A stretch of DNA of 61,718 nt, the filler included, from Globobulimina sp. (taxonomy: Eukaryota): assembly GCA_003354225.1 (NCBI GenBank). It is 24 parts of 24 records of this genome, joined end to end, with 100 filler letters (N's around TTAATTAATTAA, not from the genome) between each part and the next. Parts side by side here need not be neighbours in the genome. Positions count along the whole stretch, not along the records: positions 10,312 to 12,788 come from PIVH01006454.1; positions 12,889 to 15,364 come from PIVH01006455.1; positions 15,465 to 17,940 come from PIVH01006456.1; positions 18,041 to 20,516 come from PIVH01006457.1; positions 20,617 to 23,092 come from PIVH01006458.1; 19 more parts are not named here. One strand, written 5' to 3'. Position 1 is the stretch's first letter; each line of letters begins with the position of its first letter. The notes under the pieces are model-generated. The model was not told the origin of the DNA. It did not search any database and saw only the letters and a list, made by a program, of their open reading frames with translations. The position numbers and the translations under genes are program-made. Positions 10,475 through 20,921 of the stretch are shown here, one piece after another.

Positions 10475-12788
10475 CTATCTTCTGATGGAGGAGAGGTCGT
10501 TTGCTTGATTGGGATGCATATTAATGTCCGCGACATCCGACACAAAATACGAGATGGCGCCGTAGCAGGCGTCGCAAACTTTGATCAATTCGCTGATTAG
10601 CATGGTTTTTTTATCCGGCAATTGCGTTTTCTTTCGCACGCAATCTTTGCAAATTATATCCAGACACCACGGGCATTTTGACTTTCTCGTGAATCTTTTG
10701 AATGGTTTGGCACACAATTTGCACGGATTGGAGCGCTCAAAAAACACTTTAATTTCATACAAAACGTCGGGATTCAGTTCGCGACTGTTTTTGATTGCTT
10801 TTCCATTTTGCACCCGATTCAATTCGTGTTTTTTCGGCGCGCTGTTGCGGCCCAAATATTTGCTCACTCGCGCCGTCTCATGATATTCCTGCAAGGTTTG
10901 GTAGTTTTCGTTGATCCATCTCTCGCGAGACTCGATTTGTTTCTTGATCGCATTTTCAATCAGCTGGAACCATTCATGTTTCTCTTTGCCAGTCTCCGCA
11001 ATCAGCAATATATTTTTCTGCGGCGACACGATGCGAAACGCATTTTTCATATTTCGTAGAAAGCCGTCGCGCAAATCCAAGATTTTGCACAGCGACAAAT
11101 GCAGCACGCGGTGAACCACTCCGCCGTCGGACACATAAATCAATAAATCATTAAATAGGTAAAATTTGTACAAATCCAAGTCGCCTTTTTTGCGCTGCTT
11201 CGTCAGCGGTCCGCTAAAAATAAACTTTCGGTCGGGATGCACCAAATAAATACACATTTGCAGCTCCTGCTCGATTTTGCGCAGCAATTTCTGGTTCGCG
11301 TCGTACAGCACTTTGCATTTCATGTCATTGCAGATATGCGACACCACCTGGCACGCCGTCTTGATGTTGAATGTCTTGGCGTAATTCATGATATTTATGA
11401 ACCACTCTTGCGACAAATGCTCGCCGCGAATGATCTGCAGCTTGCACTGCGAGACTAGCAAATGCTTGTTTTCCTCAATAAACACAAAGCGCGCCAAGTC
11501 GCACAGAAAAGCGTGCAGCTGCGGCGACGCCAAATGTAAGCAAATGGCGGCGGCACACGAATATTTGATGGCGTCCAAGCAAATGGATTGCGTCCAGGGC
11601 ACGTCCTGTTCGTTAACACTATTATTGGTCTGCTGCAAAATGGTGGTGATCGACGCCAGAAACTTCATCCAAGTCACCGAGAACAGCGTCTTTACGATCT
11701 CCTTTTGGCGCGCTTTGTGCCAGACATGTTTCCGAAAAGCAAACACGCGCAACTTTGCCAGCGACTTGTTGACCAAACTGATGCATTCCTTCCTGAATTG
11801 GTTCTGTTTGTACAGCGTGTTGCTCGCAGTGTGCTCATCGATGTCCGTGTCGTACATTTGGATTTCCATTTGGATGGCATTCTCCTTGACAGAGTCGTAA
11901 ATTCTGCACAACAGCTTCTTGTCCAACTTTTTCTTGTGGTCGCCGCTCTGCACCAAATTGTTAAACTGCTGCTTGGTCATCGCGGTGTGCCCATTGTCAA
12001 ACAGGCGCGGATCATGCAACTCGGTGTTTAACATTAACATTCCATACGCCAGGAACAGCGCACTGTCGTTGCTGCCGCAGAAATAGTGCGGATTATGTTT
12101 GATGAACACGCAGCTGAACGCCACCAACAGCCGCTCGATTTTCTGCGCTTCTTTGGGTAAACGGAAGCCGCTGTCGGTCAGAAAGTGTCGGAACGCAGTG
12201 TCGAAGGACTGGCCCGTAAAGTTTAGCTGCTCCACATACAATTGCAGCAACTTGGCGTGCTCCTCTTCATCGAACACCATCTTCGTCTCCAGCGCAGAGA
12301 TGAAATCGCCAATCTCCACCAAGTCCAACGTCTCGTGCGTGTATAGGAACTCTGCGATGTACTCCAATGTGGAAAATTTCTTATACAGATCGTTGTGCTG
12401 ATGCGAGACTAAAAACTTGATGGCGGTTTTTAGTTTCTCGGTGCGTGCTTTCTTCAGAGCTTTGGCAATGATCATGTTCTCTTCCTGATGCTGCGAATGC
12501 CGTAGAACAGAGCTGTTGCGACGGCCAAATTTCATACCTTGCAGCTGATCCGCCGCAGCCATTAAGTTGACGCCGTCAGAGATCAACGGCACAGAGTCCG
12601 AGCCCATGGTCATATGCCTGATCCTTTGCTGTTGCGCATCATCCAAGAAAATCGAGGGTTGGTTCGGTACATCGAATTCCTTCAATTCCCCCATGTCGTC
12701 CTCTTCGCCGTTGGCATACTTCTTCTCCTCCCGATCAGCATCGTTGTGTTTCGAAGGTAAGAGGTTCAGTCAGGATTTGGATGCTACT
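10475..12788 (-). CDS. Arf-GEF with Sec7, PH and degenerate FYVE domains (probably 5' truncated)
   Basis: Sec7 glutamic finger FRLPKEAQKIERLL and LMLNTELHDP; PH block FYLFNDLLIY..NAFRIVSPQK..EKHEWFQLI; C-terminal CKLC..CPWC..ICKDC..KVCDACY. Confidence 0.88.
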
Positions 12789-13262
12789 NNNNNNNNNNNN
12801 NNNNNNNNNNNNNNNNNNNNNNNNNNNNNNNNTTAATTAATTAANNNNNNNNNNNNNNNNNNNNNNNNNNNNNNNNNNNNNNNNNNNNATAGTTATCAAA
12901 AAATTGCATCAATATTAATAACAGATGGATTTTTATTGCAAATATTATCGTATTTATCAAATAAAAATAATACATGGAAATTTATTGTTATTCAGCATCC
13001 AAAAAATAGTATGAAATCATTAAATAAATTAATAAATAAACATTCAATCAAATATGCTAAATATAATTATAAATTAGAGATTGAACAAAATAATCATCCT
13101 CGATATGGTAAATTTCATTCTTTTCGTGTGAGTCCATTGTAGTAATTTTTTGAACTACTATTATGTTGCGTTTGTTTGCTTTTTTTCAGTGAATTCAGTG
13201 TTTGTGTTTGTGTAATATATCGTTCAGTGAATTTGACTAAAAAACTAAAAAACAATAGCAGC

Positions 13263-14199
13263 ATGAATATGTCACAACAACTACAAGATTTGAAGATGAA
13301 GCTAGAATGTGTTGAACAGGAAAACAAAATTTATCTGTTACAAAAAATCCAATATGAGAACGAGGTTTCTTTCTATATTCTAATTATAAATTTTGAGTAA
13401 TAATTAACGAGAATGCAAACAGATAAACAATCTCAATCTGCAAAATGAAGAATTATTAATTGAAAAGAATTCATATTCAGATATGGCCAAACTTGCTGAA
13501 GAACAGATATTATATTTACGGAGTGTCTCGACAGAGATTAAGGAAATTGATGGTAACAATCAGGATATAAATATTCAAACATCTCAATATCAAAACCTTG
13601 TCAAACGATTAAATTCAAAATGTATAAAGTTACAAAATCAAAATCAAAAATATGAAATATTAATCAAACAATTAAATAATGATAAAGAAAAACGAGAGGT
13701 TACATACAATAAAAATAGGTTAAATTTGGAAAGAAAAATAAATAGTTTGCAGAATGAATGTGATATTTTACAAGAGATGAATGAAAAACAGATTGCTTCC
13801 AATGATGAAGAGAAACAGTTTAAACCCTTTGCGTTATCACCGGATATTGCATCGAACCAATCTTACTTTCAATATTCAGCCATTGTGGATGCCAATGGAT
13901 CAGCTGCTATGCGGAGCAGTTACGCATCGATGAAGGACGACGACCATATTAACAATCGATTGATTAACACAAATGATCAGATTCAGAATGATATTGACAT
14001 TGAATTGGAAAATAACAGACAACAAAAACATGAAATTGCAATGAAAGAAAAAACGATTGAAATTGAGAAACTAAAGGGAACGAATGAAAAGAATGAAAGA
14101 AAAATAAATAGATTACAAAAAAGGATCATAAGTTTAAAAAGCAAAATTGACGAAAAAGAAGATAAAGGATGTATTAAATGGCAATTTGGACTGTTCTAA
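13263..14199 (+). CDS. Coiled-coil protein of unknown function, two exons (intron 13365-13422)
   Basis: A 58-nt GT..CAG intron joins the ORF 13176 frame to ORF 13483 in frame; Q/E/K/N-rich heptad pattern. Confidence 0.7.
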
Positions 14200-14525
14200 T
14201 TATCGTTGTTGTGTTTAATATTTTGATTAATTTATGTACAGCAAACATTTGATCACTAGATTTACTCACAACTGCATTATGCCCCTTAACCTATCACTTT
14301 TGTCCATGGTTTCTTTGTCAGCAAAGAAGAGCTCGCAACTAGAATTTCATAAAAACCTTTTTTTTTTCATTATTAACTTGTGACAAAGCATTAATCAGAT
14401 AAACCCTTTGGAAATACATGAAAGCAGAAACATAACAAAAGAATAACGTATTAAAAAAAAGATGAAAACAAAATTTAGTAATAAACAGTTTGCAAACTAT
14501 AGATGGCAAATTACGGATTATATAT

Positions 14526-15364
14526 TCACGCAATAAAACCTTCGTTCATCAATGCTTCTCTATGTCCGTCGTCGTCAAGAAGTACCACATTATTTCCATG
14601 GTCAAACCCTTGTAATTCGAAATTATTTATTGGGGCCGGATCGACTTCAACATGGCCATCATAATAATCACCGTCTACTATTCCATTGGCAGCTAAATAT
14701 TCCACTCGTTCTTTTCTATCGATATCGTTTTCTCGTTGAAAATTAAATTTTAAATACGATCGTTTTCTCTTTTCATTACACCAAATATAAAAACATATAA
14801 AAAAATAAAACATCAACAATACGCCAAATATAATATATAACAAAGTAATATTATCTAAATCCGATATAACCGATGCAGTGTGCGGTACTTTTGATTTATT
14901 GGAGCCGCGTTCACTCGGTGATAGTGTCGGTTCCATTGTTGGTGATTTAGAAGGCGTAATGGATGGATTATATGTTGGATTTATTGTTGGTTCCACTGTT
15001 GGAAATATTGTTGGATTTGAACTTGGATAAAATGTTGGAAATATTGTTGGATTTGATGATGGAAAAATTGTTGGAATTGATGTTGGATTTTCTGTAGGAC
15101 TCAGTGTTGGTTGTAATTGTTCAGTATTGTTCATTTGACAACTTTCCAACTGTAATATTTAATGTATATTTATATATGTGACATAGGTATATTGTGCAAG
15201 GATATTTTCACTGTAATTAACTCTTTGATACATGTTATATGTACCGGTTGTATAATAATCGCATAATCGTGAATATTGAATCAATGTATCATTATATTGT
15301 GTGCATATATTATCATTATATATATTTATTTGAGCTTGAAATCCATCACAAGTCATCCTGTTTT
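14526..15364 (-). CDS. Type I membrane protein with Pro/Thr (PT-repeat) stalk, 5' truncated, probable intron near 15150-15185
   Basis: PTLSPTENPTSIPTIFPSSNPTIFPTFYPSSNPT... followed by a hydrophobic helix LLYIIFGVLLMFYFFICFYIW and a basic stop-transfer KRKR. Confidence 0.75.
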
Positions 15365-15464
15365 NNNNNNNNNNNNNNNNNNNNNNNNNNNNNNNNNNNN
15401 NNNNNNNNTTAATTAATTAANNNNNNNNNNNNNNNNNNNNNNNNNNNNNNNNNNNNNNNNNNNN

Positions 15465-15555
15465 CGCATATCAAACACCTATAATTATCCCTTACAAGTA
15501 TCTCGTTTGCTTTTATTTTCCATTGCACAGTTCGGATTTGTTCCCTGTATGTCAT
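15465..15555 (-). CDS. N-terminus of a phage-type HNH endonuclease (truncated by contig end; not in the ORF track)
   Basis: Manual translation MTYREQIRTVQWKIKANEILVRDNYRCLIC matches the Y....W...R.EIL.RD.Y.C..C start of phage HNH proteins. Confidence 0.7.
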
Positions 15556-15560
15556 ATAGC

Positions 15561-15675
15561 ACAAAACCCCTAAAAAGAAAAAAGACAGAAAAACGGGCTT
15601 CCACTCCCTGCAAACTGTCTAATCTCCCTTTAAGGGTATATTTTTAAATAAGTATAATCTAATTTCATGTGGAAG
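15561..15675 (-). promoter_or_regulatory. Structured leader: 12-aa leader ORF (15668-15630) plus 22-bp hairpin (arms 15636-15615 and 15588-15567) whose loop is complementary to the leader start region
   Basis: 20 of 22 positions pair on the minus-strand RNA, including four G.U pairs. Inner hairpin GGG-AGUGGAAG-CCC. Loop GUGGAAG (15604-15598) is the reverse complement of CUUCCAC (15675-15669) directly before the leader AUG. UUUUG follows the stem. Confidence 0.7.
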
Positions 15676-15693
15676 ATGTTTTTAAATGCACTA

Positions 15694-15701
15694 CAAATAT
15701 A
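15694..15701 (-). promoter_or_regulatory. Bacteroidota-type -7 promoter box (TAnnTTTG)
   Basis: Minus strand reads TATATTTG in an intergenic gap ~25 nt upstream of the leader ORF; no clear -33 TTTG. Confidence 0.55.
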
Positions 15702-15731
15702 GCACTATTTTTTATATATTAACCTTTTTTA

Positions 15732-15974
15732 TTAACGAAAAGCATTTATATTTTTACTTGTTAGAGCTATAACTTCATTAACATGTGTATTTAAGTTTTC
15801 ATCACGCAACGTATCGTGTAGCACAACAAATCCATCAGACTTTTGCCACAATACAGTGATTTCTTCATCAAAAAACTCTTGTAACAATTCAGCCATTATT
15901 TCACATTGTGAATGCATCTGACTCTCTGCTTTTTTTGCTCGCATATGTGCTGTATTAAATTTCCGTAAGTCCAT
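15732..15974 (-). CDS. Small phage hypothetical protein
   Basis: ATG lies 2 nt after the upstream stop in a tightly packed, co-directional, intronless cluster. Confidence 0.65.
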   Translation of the reverse strand: MDLRKFNTAHMRAKKAESQMHSQCEIMAELLQEFFDEEITVLWQKSDGFVVLHDTLRDENLNTHVNEVIALTSKNINAFR

Positions 15975-15976
15975 AA

Positions 15977-16267
15977 TCAATCCTCCCTGGTTTCGTTTAT
16001 TTGTATTTTTTCTTCCATTAATTCTAATGCATTATAACCGTTGTGGGTTAGATAATTGATACCAGCCAGAATTATATCAACACATTCTATTGCAGCTTTT
16101 TTGTTGAATTTATCATCAATAACTTTAGTTTTTAAAGTGGTTATTTCGGCTTGCATTTCGCAGAATTCCTCCACTATCTTTTTGTTGAAATCTGAGTGGG
16201 TAGTTTGAGGGGTAATTAAACCCCTCTTTACTATTGAATCGTAGTTGCGTTTTATTAAATTGTCCAT
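15977..16267 (-). CDS. MazG-like / all-alpha NTP pyrophosphohydrolase (phage type)
   Basis: KIVEEFCEM ... AIECVDII ... MEEKIQINETRED fits the EExxE..ExxD signature; start overlaps the upstream stop (TGATG). Confidence 0.65.
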   Translation of the reverse strand: MDNLIKRNYDSIVKRGLITPQTTHSDFNKKIVEEFCEMQAEITTLKTKVIDDKFNKKAAIECVDIILAGINYLTHNGYNALELMEEKIQINETRED

Positions 16268-17940
16268 CAGAATAAATTTAATTGTTTTTCTTTTTCAACA
16301 ACCCTCTTTATATTCTTAGATGCAGTATCAAAATAAGATTCCTTCAACTCAACACCACAACCAAACCTATTTAATTTAACAGCCTCATAAACCTCTGATC
16401 CTATTCCAAGGAAAGGAGTAAAAACAACGTCTCTTTGATTTGTCCAGAACTGGATAGCTCTCCTAATTACAGTCAATTGTAATGGTGCAATGTGCTTTTC
16501 ATCTTTTATCTCTGTTGATTCACGGTTGTTTAATACGTCAGTCCTTCTAATGTCAAACCAGCTACCAGTTAACCAATTAGGGTCTAAATCCCATTTAGAT
16601 TCATCAGTAACATCTACCCCGTTCATTTCATAATAATACTTAACAAGTTCGATTAATTCAGTTTTAGGTATTTTTTCACCCCAAACAGGACTTGCCCAAC
16701 GTTGCCAAGTATCTAAAGGGAAATTATCAAATGTTTTATTTGTAACAGGAATATAAGCTTCTGTTTGCCTAAAATCTTCTAAACCGTCCCATTTCTTAAA
16801 TATTGTTATGTATTCCGGAAGCCCAACTCCGCTAAATCTTGAATCTTTCCTTAATTGCTTATAAAGTAATCTTTGAGTTTTAGTTCTCTGCATTTCAAGT
16901 ACAGGATCAGTCCAAATAGTTATTTTAGAATGATATCTAAATCCTGCCTTTTCCATTGCTCTATGATAATCTCCAGTAAAATCATACAAACCAGTGTAAC
17001 CGCTCGAACCTTTGTAAACAGCTAAATCTTTCGAATGAACGCAAACAATACCGCCAATTTTCATTTTATTGAATAATTTATTTAATAAAAATTGGTTTTG
17101 CTCAAAGAATTCAGCATGATTAACACAATTACCCATATCTCTATATGAATTAGAGTATGTGAAAAGCATTGAAAATGGAGGACTAAATATTGAAAAGTCA
17201 AAACTCTCATCTTTAAAACAGTCTATTTCTTTGACGGAATCACCATTAATTATATGGTAACTTTCATTTTTTACTTCTTTTTTTTCGTAATCCATAACTA
17301 AACTATATTCAGAATTAATACTTGTAACCATCTCTTTTCTCATATTTTCAAACATCTTTTGTTTGCGCTCAATTGTTAATTTAGCATTTTCCATTGTCTG
17401 AATCGAAATTAAATAAACTACTACTTTTTCTTTTCTTCCAAATCTATGCGCTCTTTTTAACGCCTGATAATAAAGTTCAAAACTAAAGTCAGGGCTTACA
17501 TGGATTTGTATATCACAGTTTTGATAATTCATTCCAAAACCTGCAATGCTTTTTTTTGTTACTAAAATTCTAAACTTATTATGAGCAAACTCAATCAAAT
17601 CCCTTTCCTTATCTTCTGGTTTATCTGACCCTCTAACCTCTCGGAATGATAATTGTAACTCTTTTAATCTTCTTTTAATATAATCAGCTTCATCATTCCT
17701 CTCTACCCAAGCTATTATTTGTTTTTCTGGATTGTTAAGAATTATTTTTATAGTTTCCTCACAACGACATACTAAAGTCCTCCTTAATTCAGGGTGTTTT
17801 TCTGTTGCTGAAACTGCAAAATCATTGAATAATTTTCCATTATCTTGTTTCTCTACATCAATAACAACGTCAATAATTTCAAGCTCTGGTAATTCATATT
17901 CTTTACCCTCATTTTCAAAGCCTAAATCGCTTGGAGAATT
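16267..17940 (-). CDS. Phage SF2 helicase C-terminal region fused to an N4/N6 DNA methyltransferase (5' truncated)
   Basis: Frame is open to the contig end (..PSDLGFE..YELPEL..EVRGSD..); helicase motifs ILVTKKSIAGFGMNYQ and YYQALKRAHRFG; MTase FSIFSPPFS, DEKHIAPLQ, VVFTPFLGIGSE, GVELKESYF. Confidence 0.88.
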   Translation of the reverse strand, partial: NSPSDLGFENEGKEYELPELEIIDVVIDVEKQDNGKLFNDFAVSATEKHPELRRTLVCRCEETIKIILNNPEKQIIAWVERNDEADYIKRRLKELQLSFREVRGSDKPEDKERDLIEFAHNKFRILVTKKSIAGFGMNYQNCDIQIHVSPDFSFELYYQALKRAHRFGRKEKVVVYLISIQTMENAKLTIERKQKMFENMRKEMVTSINSEYSLVMDYEKKEVKNESYHIINGDSVKEIDCFKDESFDFSIFSPPFSMLFTYSNSYRDMGNCVNHAEFFEQNQFLLNKLFNKMKIGGIVCVHSKDLAVYKGSSGYTGLYDFTGDYHRAMEKAGFRYHSKITIWTDPVLEMQRTKTQRLLYKQLRKDSRFSGVGLPEYITIFKKWDGLEDFRQTEAYIPVTNKTFDNFPLDTWQRWASPVWGEKIPKTELIELVKYYYEMNGVDVTDESKWDLDPNWLTGSWFDIRRTDVLNNRESTEIKDEKHIAPLQLTVIRRAIQFWTNQRDVVFTPFLGIGSEVYEAVKLNRFGCGVELKESYFDTASKNIKRVVEKEKQLNLF

Positions 17941-18040
17941 NNNNNNNNNNNNNNNNNNNNNNNNNNNNNNNNNNNNNNNNNNNNTTAATTAATTAANNNN
18001 NNNNNNNNNNNNNNNNNNNNNNNNNNNNNNNNNNNNNNNN

Positions 18041-19532
18041 GCAAAAGCATCGATAAACAAGAACATAAAAAACAGTCTGAAATCGAAGAGATAATCGAGA
18101 GTCGATTCAATTCAATCTTTTCAGAAATGGATGTCGACGATCCGTTACATATTGATTTAAAAGAAGGCGAATGGTTAAAATGTTGTAACGGCTCAATAAA
18201 ATTATCATTAACTGTCGCTACCATTTTAGGAGCAGCACTTGGCGCAATCATTGGCATCGCCATTACTTTAAATACAACACTAACCGACGAATGGTATAAA
18301 ATTATCTTATTACCCGGTCAAATATGGATCCGTGCTTTAAAACTATTGGTATTGCCATTGATATCGTTGATGATGGTAATATTGCCATCACGAGTTGACG
18401 AAGTTGGCTCTGTCGGCAAACAATGCATTCCATTATATATATTCACCTCATTTTGCGCTGCAAACAAAGCCAAGGCTCATTCTGGGGCTGGACAATGAGG
18501 CCCGGGGTCCACGGCGCAGTGATGGAGGACAATGAGACTGACATCGACCCGCAAGACATAACTGAGTTGGACGCATTTTTGGAAATTGCCTATGGTGCAA
18601 TCCCAGAAAATATCATTGTGGCAATGTCTGAATTGAGCGTGTTAGGGATCATTATTTTTTTTTTATGTCTGGGTATTTTGTTAAAAGATATACAAAACGA
18701 CGAGAAAATAGTAGTGTTGAAATTTTGTAGAGCTGTGCTAAAATGAACAATGAAAGGCATTGTGGCGGTGATCTGGTTGACGCCGTTTGGAATGTTGAGT
18801 TTAATCACGGCGCAGATTGCGTACACGCCGGATTTGCCGGCATTGCTAACTAGCTTAGGATTATATGTGCTGACCATTATGATTGCGCTCTCTGTTCATG
18901 TATTTATATTCTATCCATTATTGTATTGGGCTACAACTCGAAATAACATCTGTGGTGGATATGGATTCTTGGCTCAGATCTATGAAGCACCGTTGCTTGC
19001 CTTCGCAACGGCGTCTTCTGCGGCAACATTGCCCCGCTCTTTGTTGGTTGCGCAGAAAGCAGGGATCTCCAAAGAAGTGTATCAATTTATAATTCCGTTG
19101 GGTGCGGCAATCAATATGGATGGCACTGCGACCACCTTTCCGATTTCAATTGCGTTGATTGCGCAGTTGCATGATATTCAACTGTCGATTGGCGTGATTG
19201 TAATGATAGCATTGTTGTCCGTGGTTGTGTCCATTGGCACTGCACCAATACCCAATGCTGCTATGGTTTATATTTTAATGTTGCTACGTGCTGCGGATTT
19301 GGATCAATATGAAACGGAAGCAATTGCGACTTTGTTTGTGGTCGAATGGTTTAATGATCGCTTGCAAACGGCGGTCAATGTTTGTTCAGATCAGTTTGTT
19401 GCGAAAATATGTGATGATATTAAAATAAAAGCAAATAAACAAAATAAAGATATTTATTGTGGATGTTATGCCGCAGGAAAAAAAGAATCAAAATCATCTC
19501 TTGCTATTGTTAAAGAACAAGAAATGGTTTGA
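18041..19532 (+). pseudogene. SLC1/DAACS (glutamate/dicarboxylate:cation symporter) with a frameshift (~18460) and an in-frame TGA (18744-18746)
   Basis: PGQIWIRALKLLVLPLI; IPENII; AFATASSAATLP; PLGAAINMDGTA; SIGTAPIPNA; VEWFNDRLQTAVNVCSD. The three ORF pieces are collinear. Confidence 0.85.
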
Positions 19533-19760
19533 TATGATATTTAGTATATAATTGTTAAATAGATTTAGTATATAAATAATATAATTGTTAATAGAGGTTT
19601 TTCGTAGTCTTACCAGCCAGGGTTTTTCCTTTCGTTATAGTTTTTCATGTCTGATGTTTCTTCAAAACACTAAGAAATCAATTTTCATTATCATGCACAA
19701 TATAATGTTATTTAATGAGGCAGAGTTGAAGTAAAAAGAGTAAAAAACTGGCAATATTAA

Positions 19761-20516
19761 TCAATCATCAATCCAATCAAGGTTATTATCATAATTACTT
19801 TGATAAATTTCATCATCGGAACCCATGACCATATGTCTTATATCTTTTAAAACTTTTGTAAATATAAAGCCTCTCGAATATGACGAGACATGTCTAGATT
19901 TTTTTTTTTTATGTTTCTTTAACTTCAATCCGCCAACAACGCCTTGCAACAAATTCAATCTCCTCACACTTGGCTGCGGCAAATGACTCGTTCTTCGTTT
20001 GGCAGTTAAATTATGTCCACCTTTTTTTAAACCCACAAACTGCACATTACTTTTCTCGTTTTTCTCCTCTGGTTCTTTATGGTCATCATTCATAATATTA
20101 TCCAAAACAATTTCCAATTCCTTTTCAATCTCAGTATCATTCACAACATCCATTGCATCCTCATTTTCATTTATATTATAACCAAACGCCGGTATGACAA
20201 CAACCGTTTTCTCATCATAGGGTCCAAAAACATTACTCATTGGATGGTCCGTATCCGCATAATATTCCTCATTCTCGTCCCATATTATCTTCTTATTTAA
20301 CACCACAAAGGAACCTTTCATGTCCATCACTGCATCCTTTATCTTATAAAACTGCGACGATGCAATCTCCAGCCAATTATGCGTGAATTTGCCGCATATT
20401 ATTTGTGTGACCCAACACGGCGGTTTTATTTCGCCAATGGTCATTTCTAAGGAGGGCTCATCTCTTCCCACTGCGGATTGGACCAAAATATTGTGTTTTT
20501 TTAATACTTTCAAATC
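19761..20516 (-). CDS. Hypothetical protein, C-terminal part
   Basis: 250-codon open frame running off the contig end; no recognisable motif. Confidence 0.55.
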   Translation of the reverse strand, partial: DLKVLKKHNILVQSAVGRDEPSLEMTIGEIKPPCWVTQIICGKFTHNWLEIASSQFYKIKDAVMDMKGSFVVLNKKIIWDENEEYYADTDHPMSNVFGPYDEKTVVVIPAFGYNINENEDAMDVVNDTEIEKELEIVLDNIMNDDHKEPEEKNEKSNVQFVGLKKGGHNLTAKRRTSHLPQPSVRRLNLLQGVVGGLKLKKHKKKKSRHVSSYSRGFIFTKVLKDIRHMVMGSDDEIYQSNYDNNLDWIDD

Positions 20517-20921
20517 NNNNNNNNNNNNNNNNNNNNNNNNNNNNNNNNNNNNNNNNNNNNTTAATTAATTAANNNNNNNNNNNNNNNNNNNNNNNNNNNN
20601 NNNNNNNNNNNNNNNNGGGCCTCACAATATATTGCAGCCATCGGTGCAATATTTCAAGCACTTGCGACTATTTGTAGTTGTGGTTTAGGATATGGGGATG
20701 ATGATTAATAAGAACAAATATGAACAATATAATAATTTAGTATTTCAAATAGGTCTTTGTACAGAAATAATTAAAATTTGTGTTGCTAATGTTTTTATAT
20801 CTTGTATATGATCATGAAGTGCAAGGATATCACCACACAAACACTAAAAACATTTTGCTTGAAATCTCAAAAACATTTCCGAAATAATGTTGTGAAAAAA
20901 CTTTGAAGACCATATTAATAA

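Noticed and set aside
10581-12836. Many plus-strand ORFs opposite the Sec7 gene (similar shadow ORFs occur elsewhere)
   Set aside because: Antisense shadows of coding sequence, with no motifs
18744-18746. TGA reassigned to Trp/Sec in the SLC1 gene
   Set aside because: Trp is TGG throughout, TGA ends this and other genes, and the gene also has an independent frameshift
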